DNA of 64,000 bases from Thermoplasmata archaeon (GCA_021828195.1 JAKASQ010000001.1:532335-596334), one strand, 5' to 3'. Positions 46,385-56,556 are shown, numbered from the stretch's first letter. Notes: generated by a model from the letters alone, not told the origin. A program made the numbers and translations.

Positions 46385-47118
46385 TGGGGAAGCGCATCAT
46401 CTCCCGACGCCGCGGCGCCGGCACGCCCACGTACCAATCCCCGAGCCATCGTCACCACGGGCCGATCTACCATCCCTCCCCCTCCGTGGTCGGTCAGGGA
46501 ACGGTCGTAGGGATCGTTCACGCTCCCGGCCGCACCGCTCCCGTCGCCGAGATATCCACGCCGAGCGGGGACGTCATCCGCACGATCGCGAGCGCGGGGA
46601 TCGCCACGGGCGACTCGATCTCTCTCCATCGCGGTCCGGTAGCCCACGGAGCGCTGCTCTCCCTCGGGGAAATCCCCGACGGCACGCTCGTGTGCAACCT
46701 CGAGGTTAAGCCGTTCGACGGAGGCCGGCTGGTGCGGGCCGCCGGGACGAGCGCCCTCGTCACGGCCCATGCCGGCAAGCTCGTGACCGTGCAGCTCCCG
46801 TCGGGAGCGTTCAAGCAGTTCCTCACCACCTGCCGCGCCCAGGTCGGAGCCGTGGCCGGAGGCGGTCGGCTCGAGCGCCCCATTATCAAGGCCGGCAAGA
46901 AGTTCCACGCGACGCGCTCGCTCGCACGCCCACCCCTGAAGGTCCGTGGGGTCGCGATGAACCCGGTCAACCACCCGTTCGGAGGCGGCGCCCATCAGCA
47001 CGTGGGGCGGCCGAGCACCGTATCGAGCGGCACCTGGCCCGGCGCGAAGGTCGGTCGGTTCAGCCGCTCCCAGCGCAAGAAGCGCCGGGTGCGCGGACGC
47101 GATACAGGGACGGTGTAA
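46384..47118 (+). CDS. rpl2: 50S ribosomal protein L2
   Basis: Internal ATG at 46384. Starts MGKRIISRRRGAGTPTYQSPSHRHHG. 244 aa. Confidence 0.9.
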   Translation: MGKRIISRRRGAGTPTYQSPSHRHHGPIYHPSPSVVGQGTVVGIVHAPGRTAPVAEISTPSGDVIRTIASAGIATGDSISLHRGPVAHGALLSLGEIPDGTLVCNLEVKPFDGGRLVRAAGTSALVTAHAGKLVTVQLPSGAFKQFLTTCRAQVGAVAGGGRLERPIIKAGKKFHATRSLARPPLKVRGVAMNPVNHPFGGGAHQHVGRPSTVSSGTWPGAKVGRFSRSQRKKRRVRGRDTGTV

Positions 47119-47124
47119 TGCATC

Positions 47125-47550
47125 ATGGCACGATCGAAGAAGATCAAGAAGGTGGAGACGCGCCGCAAGCGCGAGTTCACGTACCGTGGATACACCCTGC
47201 CGCGCCTGAAGGAGATGAACCTCGAGGAGCTCGCGAAGGTCCTCCCGGCCCGCGCGCGCCGGTCGATTCGCCGCGGGTTCAACGTGGAGACGACGCGCTT
47301 CTTCGGCCGGATGCGCGAAACGCCTCCCGACAAGGTGCTCAAGACCCATTGCCGGGACGCCCTCGTACTCCCCGAGCACATCGGCCGACGGGTCGCGATC
47401 TACAACGGCAAAGAGTTCAAGGAAGTCGAACTGCGCCCGGAGATGATCGGGCACTACTTCGGCGAGTTCTCGCTGACTCGCCGGTTCGAGAAGCACTCCG
47501 GACCCGGAGTCGGCGCGACGCGTTCGTCGAAGTTCATGCCGCTGAAGTGA
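47125..47550 (+). CDS. rps19: 30S ribosomal protein S19
   Basis: 141 aa. Contains ...GKEFKEVELRPEMIGHYFGEFS... Confidence 0.9.
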   Translation: MARSKKIKKVETRRKREFTYRGYTLPRLKEMNLEELAKVLPARARRSIRRGFNVETTRFFGRMRETPPDKVLKTHCRDALVLPEHIGRRVAIYNGKEFKEVELRPEMIGHYFGEFSLTRRFEKHSGPGVGATRSSKFMPLK

Positions 47551-47566
47551 AGGAGGGAACGGAACG

Positions 47567-48022
47567 ATGCGAGGATACACCTATCGCGACGAGGCCGGCA
47601 CGAGCGTCGCCCGTGCCCGCGGCGTCGAGCTCCCCATCTCTCCCAAGAAGACCTACGAGGTCCTCAACGCGATCCGCGGGCTCCCGCTCGAGCGCGCGCG
47701 CACGGTCCTCGAGGATGCCGTCGAGCTCCGTCGCGCGATCCCGTTCCGGCGCTACAACCAGGAGACGTCCCACAAGCGCGGCGTGGGACCGGGCCGGTTC
47801 CCGAAGAAGGTTGCGAAGAACGTGCTGCAGATCCTGCGCAACGCGGAATCGAACGCAGAGTACGAGAGCCTCGACACCGACCGGCTCTACGTCAAGGTCG
47901 CCGCCTCGAGCCGGGGCCGAATCCTGAAGGCGTCGATGCCTCGCGCCCACGGGCGCGCGACGGCGTGGAACGAGCAGACCACCCACATCGAGATCGTCCT
48001 CGCCGAGCGGAAGGAGGCCTAG
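47567..48022 (+). CDS. rpl22: 50S ribosomal protein L22
   Basis: 151 aa. Confidence 0.9.
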   Translation: MRGYTYRDEAGTSVARARGVELPISPKKTYEVLNAIRGLPLERARTVLEDAVELRRAIPFRRYNQETSHKRGVGPGRFPKKVAKNVLQILRNAESNAEYESLDTDRLYVKVAASSRGRILKASMPRAHGRATAWNEQTTHIEIVLAERKEA

Positions 48023-48023
48023 A

Positions 48024-48728
48024 GTGAGCGCCGAACGCAAGGTCATCGAGGAGGCAACACGGCGGGTCCTGCTCAAGGACTATCTCGTCGGCGAAAGCGC
48101 GCGGGCCGGCTTCGGTGGGCTCGATATCCAGCGCACCCCGATGGGCACGCGCGTCACGCTGATCTGCGAACGCCCCGGAATCCTGATCGGGCGGCGCGGC
48201 GAGCTCATCAAGCGGCTGACGGAGGATATCCAGGCCCGGTTCAAGCTCGACAACCCTCAGATCGAGGTCCAGGAGGAACGCAACCCGTCCCTCAACGCCC
48301 AGCTCATGGCCGAGAAGCTCGCTTCGACCCTCGAACGAGGCTGGCATTTCCGTCGCGCGGGGCACTCGACCGTCCGCCGCATCATGGAGTCCGGCGCGCG
48401 CGGCTGCCAGGTCATCCTCTCGGGGAAGCTGACCGGCGAGCGGCACCGCACCGAGCGGTTCAAGGCGGGGACGATCAAGTACTGCGGCGAAGCCGTGCAC
48501 CTGTGGATGGGCAAGGGATTCTATCAGGCCCGCCTCAAGCCCGGGGTCATCGGTGTCAACGTCTGGATCATGCGCTCGAACGCGAAGCTCCCTGACGAGA
48601 TCAAGGTCAAGGGTGTGGAGACCCGACCGGCCCCCGCGCCGATCGAACTCCCGCCCCTCGAGGGCGCCGACTTGCCGCCCGGCTCCGCGGTCGCGGCGGC
48701 CCTGGCCGGGCCGGAGGCGCCCACGTGA
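48024..48728 (+). CDS. rps3: 30S ribosomal protein S3
   Basis: KH domain. 234 aa. Confidence 0.9.
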   Translation: MSAERKVIEEATRRVLLKDYLVGESARAGFGGLDIQRTPMGTRVTLICERPGILIGRRGELIKRLTEDIQARFKLDNPQIEVQEERNPSLNAQLMAEKLASTLERGWHFRRAGHSTVRRIMESGARGCQVILSGKLTGERHRTERFKAGTIKYCGEAVHLWMGKGFYQARLKPGVIGVNVWIMRSNAKLPDEIKVKGVETRPAPAPIELPPLEGADLPPGSAVAAALAGPEAPT

Positions 48729-48958
48729 CGCTGCAACGGATGAAGGACCTGCGGGCGCTCACCGATGACGAGCTGCGCCGTCGCATCTCCGACGCCGAAG
48801 GCGATCTCTTGCGCGAGCGCGGCATCGCCGCCATGGGAGGCGCGCCCCCGAGCCCCGGGAAGATGCGGGCGCTACGCACCAACGTCGCCCGGGCCTTGAC
48901 CGTGCTCCAGGAGCGCCATCTCGCTCCCACTTCCGCCGAACCGAACGCGAGCGCCTAG
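48725..48958 (+). CDS. rpl29: 50S ribosomal protein L29
   Basis: GTG start with GTGA overlap. 77 aa. Confidence 0.85.
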   Translation: MTLQRMKDLRALTDDELRRRISDAEGDLLRERGIAAMGGAPPSPGKMRALRTNVARALTVLQERHLAPTSAEPNASA

Positions 48959-48964
48959 AGTGGA

Positions 48965-49288
48965 GTGACGATGGTCGGCGAGGGAGAGCTCACGGGTGCC
49001 GACCGCGCCGTCCTCGCCGGCGAGATCCTCGGGGCCGCCATCTCGGTCGACCGTGCTCCGGGGATCCGGACGCTGCCTCTTCGCGGCACGATCGTCGATG
49101 AGTCCATGAACACCTTCACGGTCCGGTTGGCCGGCCATGGCCGCGTCGTGCGCGTGCCCAAGTCCGGGATGCGGGGGACGATTCTCCTCGGCGAACGCGA
49201 GTTACCGTTAATAGGCGACAGTCTTCGCGTTCGACCCCAGGACCGCACCAAGCGCATCCTCGCCGGCGGTTCCCGGAGGATCCGATGA
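48965..49288 (+). CDS. rnp1: ribonuclease P protein component 1 (Rpp29/Pop4)
   Basis: The conserved archaeal position between L29 and S17. Contains ...TIVDESMNTFTVRLAGHGRVVRVPK... Confidence 0.75.
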   Translation: MTMVGEGELTGADRAVLAGEILGAAISVDRAPGIRTLPLRGTIVDESMNTFTVRLAGHGRVVRVPKSGMRGTILLGERELPLIGDSLRVRPQDRTKRILAGGSRRIR

Positions 49289-49710
49289 GTCCCGCTCCAG
49301 CATCTCGCACCCGACGCGCCCGGGACATCGGTCTCGACGTTCGCGCGCCGAAACAGAAATGCGACGATCCGCACTGCCCCTTCCACGGGCGCCTGTCCAT
49401 CCGCGGCCAGGTGCTCGAGGGGACGGTCGTCTCCACCGCGATGCAACGTACCGCGGTCGTCGAGCGCACGCTACTCACGCGGGTGCCGAAGTACGAGCGG
49501 TATGAGAAGCGCCGCCGCCGCTACCTCGCTCACTCCCCGCCATGCCTCGGGGTCATGGTCGGACACAAGGTACGCATCGCCGAGACCCGACCGCTGTCGA
49601 AGCTGGTCAGCTTCTGCATTGTCGAGGACCTGGGCGAGGCCGCCCAGCAGGTGAAGGGCGAGGAAGCCACTGCGCCCGAGCCGAGCCCTCCGGTCAAGGA
49701 GGAAGCATGA
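49285..49710 (+). CDS. rps17: 30S ribosomal protein S17
   Basis: 141 aa. ATGA overlap. Confidence 0.9.
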   Translation: MSPAPASRTRRARDIGLDVRAPKQKCDDPHCPFHGRLSIRGQVLEGTVVSTAMQRTAVVERTLLTRVPKYERYEKRRRRYLAHSPPCLGVMVGHKVRIAETRPLSKLVSFCIVEDLGEAAQQVKGEEATAPEPSPPVKEEA

Positions 49711-50105
49711 AGGGTGTCGCCGGTCGTCGAGGACGCGGCCTCCCGAAGGGCGCGCGTCTGGACTGCGCCGACAACACCGGTGCGAAGATCGTGGAGATTA
49801 TCGCCGTGCACAATTGGCACGGTACTCACCGCCGCTACCCGCGGGCGGGGATCGCCGACCTCGTGATCGTCTCCGTCAAGAAGGGAACGCCCGAGATGCG
49901 GCGCCAGGTTCTGCACGCCGTCATCGTGCGCTCGCGCTCACCGATCCGGCGGGCCGACGGGACCCGCCTGCAATTCGAGGACAACGCCGCCGTGATCACG
50001 ACCGAAACCGGCGAGCTGAAGGGTTCCCAGATCAAGGGACCGGTGGCGAAGGAGGCCGCCGAGCGGTGGTCGCGCGTGGCCGCGGCCTCGTCGATCATCG
50101 TGTAG
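49707..50105 (+). CDS. rpl14: 50S ribosomal protein L14
   Basis: Internal ATG at 49707. Starts [27 protein letters not shown]. 132 aa. Confidence 0.9.
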   Translation: MKGVAGRRGRGLPKGARLDCADNTGAKIVEIIAVHNWHGTHRRYPRAGIADLVIVSVKKGTPEMRRQVLHAVIVRSRSPIRRADGTRLQFEDNAAVITTETGELKGSQIKGPVAKEAAERWSRVAAASSIIV

Positions 50106-50116
50106 GAGGGGCTCTC

Positions 50117-50800
50117 ATGGCACGTCAATCTTCCAGCGCACCCCGCCGACAGCGCAAGGCGCTGTACAACGCAGACTCCGCTCACCGGCGCCGACGGATG
50201 TCGGTCCCGCTCTCGCGCGAATTGCGCGCGCGCTTCCACTGCCGCTCGGTCCCCGTCCGCAAGGGTGACACGGTGCGCATCCTATCGGGAAGCTACGTCG
50301 GGAGCGAGGAGCGCGTGGCCCGCGTCGATCGCCGCAGCTACTCCGTCATCCTCAACAACATCACGCTGAAGACCGGGGAGCAGAAGCAGAAGCCGCTCCC
50401 GATCCGGACCGGCCAGCTCCTGTTGACCAAGCTCAACCTTTCGGATGCCTGGCGGCGCCGTACCTTGAGCGTTCGCGAGGAGGAGTTGACCCCCGAAGAG
50501 CTCGGCACGACCCCCGAAGCACCGACGGGAGCGGCGACGGAGAGCCCCGCGGCGCCCCCCGATGCGGCCGCCGTACTCCCCGGACCCGAGGGGGATATGC
50601 ACCTCACCGAGGCGGAGCGCGAATTCCTCAAGGATGCTGGAACCGAGGAAGCGGCGCCGATGGGGAAGGCCCCCAAGCCGGGAGCACCAGAGGAGGAGAT
50701 CGCCGGCGAGACGGAAGAGACACCGGAGCCCGCGGTAGCGAAGCCACATCCCTCCAAGCCCCGAGGTAAGTCCCGCCCACCGAAGGAGGGCGACGCATGA
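50117..50800 (+). CDS. rpl24: 50S ribosomal protein L24 with an approximately 100-aa acidic/Pro-rich C-terminal extension
   Basis: Internal ATG at 50117. A KOW domain is followed by EELTPEELGTTPEAP...EEEIAGETEETPEPAV. The frame is open to 50800, where S4e starts with an ATGA overlap. Confidence 0.85.
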   Translation: MARQSSSAPRRQRKALYNADSAHRRRRMSVPLSRELRARFHCRSVPVRKGDTVRILSGSYVGSEERVARVDRRSYSVILNNITLKTGEQKQKPLPIRTGQLLLTKLNLSDAWRRRTLSVREEELTPEELGTTPEAPTGAATESPAAPPDAAAVLPGPEGDMHLTEAEREFLKDAGTEEAAPMGKAPKPGAPEEEIAGETEETPEPAVAKPHPSKPRGKSRPPKEGDA

Positions 50801-51513
50801 CGCGCCGGATGAAGCGTCGGGCCGCCCCCAGGACCTGGCCGGTTCCCCGCAAAGGAACGAAGTGGATCCGGCGACCGGCTCCCGGGCCCCATGCTCAGGA
50901 CCAATCGATCCCCCTCGTGATCGTGCTGCGCGACCTGCGCCACCTCGTCCGGAACGAGCGCGAAGCTCGTCTGCTCGTGAACTCGGGCACGGTCCAGGTC
51001 GACGGGAAGGTCGTTCGCGATCTCTCGCGCGGTCTGGGTCTCATGGACGTGCTCTCCCTCGCGGCGCCGCTCGATGCGCACGCCCGCGTCGTGAAGGACC
51101 GCCGGGGCAAGCTCACCCTCGTGACGATCCCACCCACCGAGGCGTCCGTCAAGCTCGGGCGCATACGGTTCAAGCACGCGATCCGCACGGGCAAGGTCGG
51201 CATGACCCTACACGATGGCCGTACCCTCGTGGTCCCCGCCAACTCCCCCTACCGCGTCGGCGACTCGCTCCAGATCGAGGTGCCAAGCCAGGCGATCGTC
51301 CGCCACCTCCCCCTCGCCCCCGGCCAGCTCGCGTTCCTCGCGGGCGGCAGCCACGTCGGCGAAACCGCACGCGTTGAGCGGGTCGAGGTCCGCAACTCCT
51401 CTCAGCCGAACCTCGTGCACTTCAAGGAGGGATTCTCGACCATCAAGGAGTACGTGTTCATCGTGGGCGAGACCTCGCCCCAGGTGACGATCGCGGAGGG
51501 TCTCGACCGATGA
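50797..51513 (+). CDS. rps4e: 30S ribosomal protein S4e
   Basis: 238 aa. Confidence 0.9.
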   Translation: MTRRMKRRAAPRTWPVPRKGTKWIRRPAPGPHAQDQSIPLVIVLRDLRHLVRNEREARLLVNSGTVQVDGKVVRDLSRGLGLMDVLSLAAPLDAHARVVKDRRGKLTLVTIPPTEASVKLGRIRFKHAIRTGKVGMTLHDGRTLVVPANSPYRVGDSLQIEVPSQAIVRHLPLAPGQLAFLAGGSHVGETARVERVEVRNSSQPNLVHFKEGFSTIKEYVFIVGETSPQVTIAEGLDR

Positions 51514-52064
51514 ACGCATCCTCCCCCGCCGCGACCGCCCGGGCCCCGACGACGGAGAACGTCAACCGGGCCGTGCGGATCATCAAGGTCGTGGTCAACG
51601 CGGGGGTCGGTCAATCCGGCGAACCGCGCCAGAAGGCCGAGCGCGTCCTCCAGATGATCACGCACCAAAAACCGATCGCGACTCGCTCGCGCTCGACGAA
51701 CCGCGATTTCGGCATCCGCGCCGGCCAAGAGATTGGAGCGAAGGTGACGCTCCGGGGTCCCTCGGCCGTCGACTTCCTGAACCGGGCCTTCGAGGCTCGC
51801 GACCGTCAGCTCGATCCAGACTCGATCGACCGCAACGGCAACTTCTCCTTCGGGATCGGGGACTACACCGATTTCACGGGAATGAAGTACGATCCCGAGA
51901 TCGGCATCCACGGCATGGACATCGCGGTCGAGCTCGGCCGTTCCGGCTATGGGGTGCGCGAACGGCAGGTCTCCGCCCGCCCGATCCCCAAGCGCCTGCG
52001 ATCGACCAAGGCCGATACCCGAGCGTACCTCGCGGCGACCTTCCAAGTGACGTTCGTGGAGTGA
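51510..52064 (+). CDS. rpl5: 50S ribosomal protein L5
   Basis: 184 aa. Confidence 0.9.
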   Translation: MNASSPAATARAPTTENVNRAVRIIKVVVNAGVGQSGEPRQKAERVLQMITHQKPIATRSRSTNRDFGIRAGQEIGAKVTLRGPSAVDFLNRAFEARDRQLDPDSIDRNGNFSFGIGDYTDFTGMKYDPEIGIHGMDIAVELGRSGYGVRERQVSARPIPKRLRSTKADTRAYLAATFQVTFVE

Positions 52065-52069
52065 AGGCC

Positions 52070-52219
52070 ATGTCGAAACCCAAGAAGGAATTCGGACGGA
52101 AGGAAGGTTGCCTGCGGTGCGACCGTAAGCGCGGCATCGTCCGGCGCTACGGACTGCACGTCTGCCGGCAGTGCTTCCGCGAGGTCGCGGTCGACCTGGG
52201 GTTCCGGAAGTACCAGTGA
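52070..52219 (+). CDS. rps14: 30S ribosomal protein S14 type Z (zinc-binding), 49 aa
   Basis: This gene is not in the ORF track because it is shorter than 60 aa. Read directly: [49 protein letters not shown] with a C-x2-C...C-x2-C motif. Confidence 0.85.
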   Translation: MSKPKKEFGRKEGCLRCDRKRGIVRRYGLHVCRQCFREVAVDLGFRKYQ

Positions 52220-52230
52220 GGTAAGCGAAC

Positions 52231-52620
52231 ATGCGTCACGATCTACTCAACGATGCGCTCCTCACCCTGCGCCACGCGGACCAGCATGGCCAGGGCGAGG
52301 TCGCGCTCGCGCCGGCGTCCCACCTCATCGGTGAGGTGCTGCGGATCCTGCGCGAACACCACTACGTGGAGGAGTTCACGTTCGTCCCCACCGGTCGCGG
52401 AGGGAAGTACGATGTCAAACTCTCCCGACGCATCAACTCCTGCGGCGTCATCAAGCCGCGGATCGCGGTCCCGCATCGCGAGCTCGAGCGCTACGAATCC
52501 CGATTCCTTCCGGCCCAGGACTTCGGGCTCCTCGTTCTCTCCACGAACCGCGGAGTGATTACCCACCAACAGGCCCGGGAGCTCAAGCTCGGAGGGAGGC
52601 TCATCGCGTATGTCTACTGA
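52231..52620 (+). CDS. rps8: 30S ribosomal protein S8
   Basis: 129 aa. Confidence 0.9.
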   Translation: MRHDLLNDALLTLRHADQHGQGEVALAPASHLIGEVLRILREHHYVEEFTFVPTGRGGKYDVKLSRRINSCGVIKPRIAVPHRELERYESRFLPAQDFGLLVLSTNRGVITHQQARELKLGGRLIAYVY

Positions 52621-53167
52621 GACAACGGAGGCCGTGATCGCCGTGCCCGCCGGGGTCCGGCTCGAGGTGCACCCCGGTCTCCTCCAGGCAAAGGGCCCGC
52701 TCGGTCAGATCCTACGGCCGTTCCCGAGCGACGCGCTTGATCTCGTGGTCGCGGACGGCAAGGCCACCCTCACGCTCAAGCTGCCTCCCGGACGTAAGCA
52801 ATCCCGCTCGCTCCTCGCCACGTGGGCGGCGCACCTGAAGAACCTCGTCGGTGGACTCACGCTCGGGGTGGAGGCGAAGATGAAGGTCGTCGCCGCCCAC
52901 TTCCCGATGAAAGTGGCGGTGAAGGGTGAGGAGCTCATTATCGAGAACTTCCTCGGCGAGAAGTACCCTCGGACCGCTCCGCTGCGCCCCGGAACCCAGG
53001 CGACCGTCGAGGGAGACATCGTGGTCCTTTCCGGCTACGACGTCGAGCAGGTCGGGCAAAGCGCGGCCAACATCGAGCGCGCAACGCACATCCGCAACTA
53101 CGACCCCCGTGTCTTCCAGGACGGCATCTACCTCACCGAGCACGCCCACCTCAAGGGAGCCGCCTGA
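52610..53167 (+). CDS. rpl6: 50S ribosomal protein L6
   Basis: 185 aa. Confidence 0.9.
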   Translation: MSTETTEAVIAVPAGVRLEVHPGLLQAKGPLGQILRPFPSDALDLVVADGKATLTLKLPPGRKQSRSLLATWAAHLKNLVGGLTLGVEAKMKVVAAHFPMKVAVKGEELIIENFLGEKYPRTAPLRPGTQATVEGDIVVLSGYDVEQVGQSAANIERATHIRNYDPRVFQDGIYLTEHAHLKGAA

Positions 53168-53751
53168 TGTCGCCGGATCCCGTGACCGCACCGGAACCGG
53201 AAGAGACGCCCGCACCGAAGCCCGCCCGGCGCCGCGTCCGCGCCGCGCCGCCGCCCGAGGAGAAGAAGGAGATCGTACCCGCGGACGCGACGGCCGTCAC
53301 GACCGAAGAACCCGCGACGCCGCGCGCTCCGAAGCGGGCATCGCTCGACCCGGAGTCGGCGAAGCTGTTGCGCCTGCGGCGCGAGCTCGATCGACACCGA
53401 CCGCTCTTCGTTCGCCAGGCCGCGCATCGCTACTACCGGATCGGCCGCGACGAGAGCTGGCGCCGGCCCCGTGGCTTACAGTCCAAGCAGCGACGGCACT
53501 ACGGCTACCGCTCCGTCATCGTCCGGGTCGGCTACCGGTCCCCCGCCAAGGTCCGCGACCTCGTTCCCAGCGGCTTCCGCCCGATCATCATCCGGACGAC
53601 CGGCGAGCTCGAGAAGCTCGACGCGACGAAGGAGGCCGCGATCATCGCGCGCACCGTCGGCACCCGTCGGCGCCTGACCCTCGAGGAGACGGCCCGCCGC
53701 CTCGGGATCCATGTGCTCAATCCGATCGCCACCCCCGAAGGGGAGGAGTAG
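53167..53751 (+). CDS. rpl32e: 50S ribosomal protein L32e with Pro/Ala/Glu-rich N-terminal extension
   Basis: 194 aa. Confidence 0.85.
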   Translation: MSPDPVTAPEPEETPAPKPARRRVRAAPPPEEKKEIVPADATAVTTEEPATPRAPKRASLDPESAKLLRLRRELDRHRPLFVRQAAHRYYRIGRDESWRRPRGLQSKQRRHYGYRSVIVRVGYRSPAKVRDLVPSGFRPIIIRTTGELEKLDATKEAAIIARTVGTRRRLTLEETARRLGIHVLNPIATPEGEE

Positions 53752-53755
53752 AGAC

Positions 53756-54220
53756 GTGCCCGATCTTTCGAACCAACGCCGACTCGCCTCCATCCTGCTC
53801 AAGTGCGGCAGCGGGCGCGTGTGGATCGACCCGGCGCGTGAGCAAGAGGTCTCCGATTCGGTCACGCGCCAGGATATCCGTACCGCGATCAAGTCCGGGG
53901 CGATCCGCCGCAAGGCGATCCAGGGCACGTCCCGGGCCCGGGCGCGCCGCTACGCGGCCGAGGTCGCGAAGGGACGCCACCAGGGCCCCGGCTCGCGCCG
54001 CGGCAGCCCGCTCTCCCGGTCGAGCAAGAAGGAGCGCTGGATGCGCCGGATCCGGCCCCAACGCGAGCTTCTGGCTACCCTCCGGGCGGAGAAACGCATC
54101 ACCCCGGCGATCTACCGCAGGTACTACCGGCAGGCGAAGGGCGGTATGTACCGTAGCCGCGCCCACCTCCTGTTGAACCTGCAGCTGGCCGGCCACCTCG
54201 CCGCGGAGGCCAAGTCATGA
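53756..54220 (+). CDS. rpl19e: 50S ribosomal protein L19e
   Basis: The GTG at 53756 gives VPDLSNQRRLASILLKCGSGRVWIDP. Confidence 0.85.
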   Translation: MPDLSNQRRLASILLKCGSGRVWIDPAREQEVSDSVTRQDIRTAIKSGAIRRKAIQGTSRARARRYAAEVAKGRHQGPGSRRGSPLSRSSKKERWMRRIRPQRELLATLRAEKRITPAIYRRYYRQAKGGMYRSRAHLLLNLQLAGHLAAEAKS

Positions 54221-54744
54221 GTACGGGCCCCCGCTACCGGGTCCGCTTCCGGCGTCGACGGGAGGGCCGCACCGACTATCGCACGCGGCTCAAGCTCTTG
54301 CGCTCGGGCCGCCCGCGGGCGGTCGTGCGCATTACGGCCCAGCGCGTCTATGTCACGATCACCACCTACGACCCCACCGGTGATCGAGTGATCGCTGCGG
54401 CCGACAGCCGGGAGCTCGGCGGGGTTGGATTCCCCGGCGGCAGCCTCGCATCGACCCCCGCGGCGTATCTGACGGGCTATCTCGCCGGTCTTCGATCGAA
54501 GGCTGCGGGGACGAACGGGGCTATCCTCGATGCGGGCCTTCGGCACCCGACGGCCGGGGGCCGAGTGCTCGCGGCGCTCAAAGGCCTGCTCGATGCAGGC
54601 GTTGAGGTGCCCCACGGAGAGACGATCTTCCCCGGGAACGACCGACTCAGCGGCTCGCACCTGCCGAAGCCGCTTCCGGAACCCCTCGAGTCCTACAAGG
54701 GCAAGTTGCCGACCATCACCGAGCGCAAGGAGGCGACCGCATGA
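54217..54744 (+). CDS. rpl18: 50S ribosomal protein L18
   Basis: 175 aa. Confidence 0.9.
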   Translation: MSTGPRYRVRFRRRREGRTDYRTRLKLLRSGRPRAVVRITAQRVYVTITTYDPTGDRVIAAADSRELGGVGFPGGSLASTPAAYLTGYLAGLRSKAAGTNGAILDAGLRHPTAGGRVLAALKGLLDAGVEVPHGETIFPGNDRLSGSHLPKPLPEPLESYKGKLPTITERKEATA

Positions 54745-55634
54745 GCGGAGCGTCCGCCTTCCCGCCCTCCGGCGGTCCCTCCCAGGGCTCCCGCTACGGA
54801 GGTGGCGGACCGTCCGGTCCCGCCCCACCGCCTCCCTGGGTACCGAAGACCGAGCTCGGCCGCAAGGTCCACTCTGGGGAGATCACGACGATGAGTGACG
54901 CGCTGCGAAGCGGGCTCCCGCTACGCGAGCCCCAGATCGTGGACAAGCTGCTTCCGGGTCTCCACGACGAGGTCCTCGATGTGAACATGGTCCAGCGCAT
55001 GACCGATTCCGGTCGGCGCCTGAAGTTCGCCGTCACCGTCGTCGTGGGGAACGGCGACGGGTTCGTCGGCCTCGGTCGCTCCAAGGGCCGGGAGGTTGGA
55101 CCCACGATCCGGCGCGCGATCGACCGCGCGAAGCTCAAGCTCATCGAGATCCAGCGCGGCTGTGGCAGCTGGGAATGCGGCTGCGGGCGCTCCCACACGG
55201 TCCCCTTCCAGGTCCGGGGCCGCTCGGGCTCGGTCGTTGTCACGTTCAAGCCGGCACCGCGAGGCGTTGGGCTCGCGGTGGGCGATGTCGCGAAGCCGAT
55301 CCTTCGGTTCGCGGGACTCACCGATACTTGGGGATACACCGATGGTCACACGAAGACGACCGTCAATTACGCTCAGGCCGCGTTCATCGCGCTCGCGGCG
55401 CTCTCGCGCCTGAAGATCCGTCCGGAGGATGCGGCTCGCCTGAAGATCGTGCGCGGACCGATCGGCACGTCCATCCTCCCCCCGAAGGAGGAGGGCGCCC
55501 GCCCGATGGGCGGCCGGGGCGGTCGGCGCCGCGGCGGACCGCCGCCTCGGGGCGGGGGCGGACGGCCCCCGGGACCCGGCGGCGCTGGAGGTCCGGGCCG
55601 TCGGCCCGGCGGACCGCCTCGGGGAGGTCGGTGA
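54741..55634 (+). CDS. rps5: 30S ribosomal protein S5 with Gly-rich N-terminus and RGG/PG-rich C-terminal tail
   Basis: 297 aa. An S5 dsRBD plus C-terminal domain are followed by GGRGGRRRGGPPPRGGGGRPPGPGGAGGPGRRPGGPPRGGR. Confidence 0.85.
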   Translation: MSGASAFPPSGGPSQGSRYGGGGPSGPAPPPPWVPKTELGRKVHSGEITTMSDALRSGLPLREPQIVDKLLPGLHDEVLDVNMVQRMTDSGRRLKFAVTVVVGNGDGFVGLGRSKGREVGPTIRRAIDRAKLKLIEIQRGCGSWECGCGRSHTVPFQVRGRSGSVVVTFKPAPRGVGLAVGDVAKPILRFAGLTDTWGYTDGHTKTTVNYAQAAFIALAALSRLKIRPEDAARLKIVRGPIGTSILPPKEEGARPMGGRGGRRRGGPPPRGGGGRPPGPGGAGGPGRRPGGPPRGGR

Positions 55635-55636
55635 AC

Positions 55637-56101
55637 ATGGCGTGGATGATCATCCGCGTCCGTGGCACGATCCACGCGCGGCACGATATCGTCGAGACGC
55701 TCAAGTTCCTGCATCTCAACCGGCCGCAGCACGTGACCGTGGTGCCCGAAAAGCCCGAGTTCCGCGGAATGCTCACGAAGATCCAAGGGTACGTCACCTG
55801 GGGCGAGGCCGAGCCGGAGACCGTGGGTCTGCTCCTCAAGTCCCGCGGAGAGACGGCCGGGGGAGAACGTCTGACGGACGCGAACGTCGCCGAATCGACC
55901 CGCACGAAGGACCTCGCCGAGCTCACGCAGCGCGTGGTCGTCGATGGATTGCCGAGCGTCCCGGGGGTCCGCCCGCTCTTCCGACTCGGAGCTCCGAGCG
56001 GAGGGTGGAAGTCCACGAAGAAGCCCTACGCGCTCGGAGGCGCGCTCGGCTACCGGGGCCGCGCGATCAACGAGCTCGCCCGCCGCATGATCCGGGAGTG
56101 A
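55637..56101 (+). CDS. rpl30: 50S ribosomal protein L30
   Basis: Internal ATG at 55637. Starts MAWMIIRVRGTIHARHDIVETLKFLHLNRP. Confidence 0.9.
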   Translation: MAWMIIRVRGTIHARHDIVETLKFLHLNRPQHVTVVPEKPEFRGMLTKIQGYVTWGEAEPETVGLLLKSRGETAGGERLTDANVAESTRTKDLAELTQRVVVDGLPSVPGVRPLFRLGAPSGGWKSTKKPYALGGALGYRGRAINELARRMIRE

Positions 56102-56106
56102 ATCAG

Positions 56107-56532
56107 ATGCCGAGTCGAACGAAGAAGTTCCGAGGATCGCGCACCCACGGTCGAGGGATCAAGGCCGGCCGCGGGGCCGGCAAGCAGGGCGGACGCGGCA
56201 ACGCGGGACTCCACAAGTACAAGTTCAAGTCGATGCTCATCTACGCCCCGGACCACTTCGGACGGCACGGCTTCAAGCGGCCCGCGCAGATCGTCGCGCA
56301 GCCGACCTCGATCAACGTGGGAGAGCTGGAGGGCTTCGTGCCCTTGCTCCGGATCGCGCAGGCGTTCCGCCAGGATGGAGAGACGTGCATCGCCGATCTA
56401 TCGAAGGCCGGGATCGACCGCCTGCTTGGCGGTGGCCGCACGGCCCGGACCTGGAAGGTCTACGTCGAACATGCGACGAAGCACGCCCAGGAGAAGGTCA
56501 CGCTCCTGAAAGAACCCCCTCAAGGAGCTTAG
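56107..56532 (+). CDS. rpl15: 50S ribosomal protein L15
   Basis: Internal ATG at 56107. Starts MPSRTKKFRGSRTHGRG. Confidence 0.9.
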   Translation: MPSRTKKFRGSRTHGRGIKAGRGAGKQGGRGNAGLHKYKFKSMLIYAPDHFGRHGFKRPAQIVAQPTSINVGELEGFVPLLRIAQAFRQDGETCIADLSKAGIDRLLGGGRTARTWKVYVEHATKHAQEKVTLLKEPPQGA

Positions 56533-56548
56533 GATTGCGCCCCCTAGA

Positions 56549-56556
56549 TTATATAG
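56549..56556 (+). promoter_or_regulatory. TATA box TTATATAG of secY, predicting a leaderless transcript
   Basis: Lies 28 nt upstream of the secY ATG at 56584. Confidence 0.55.
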
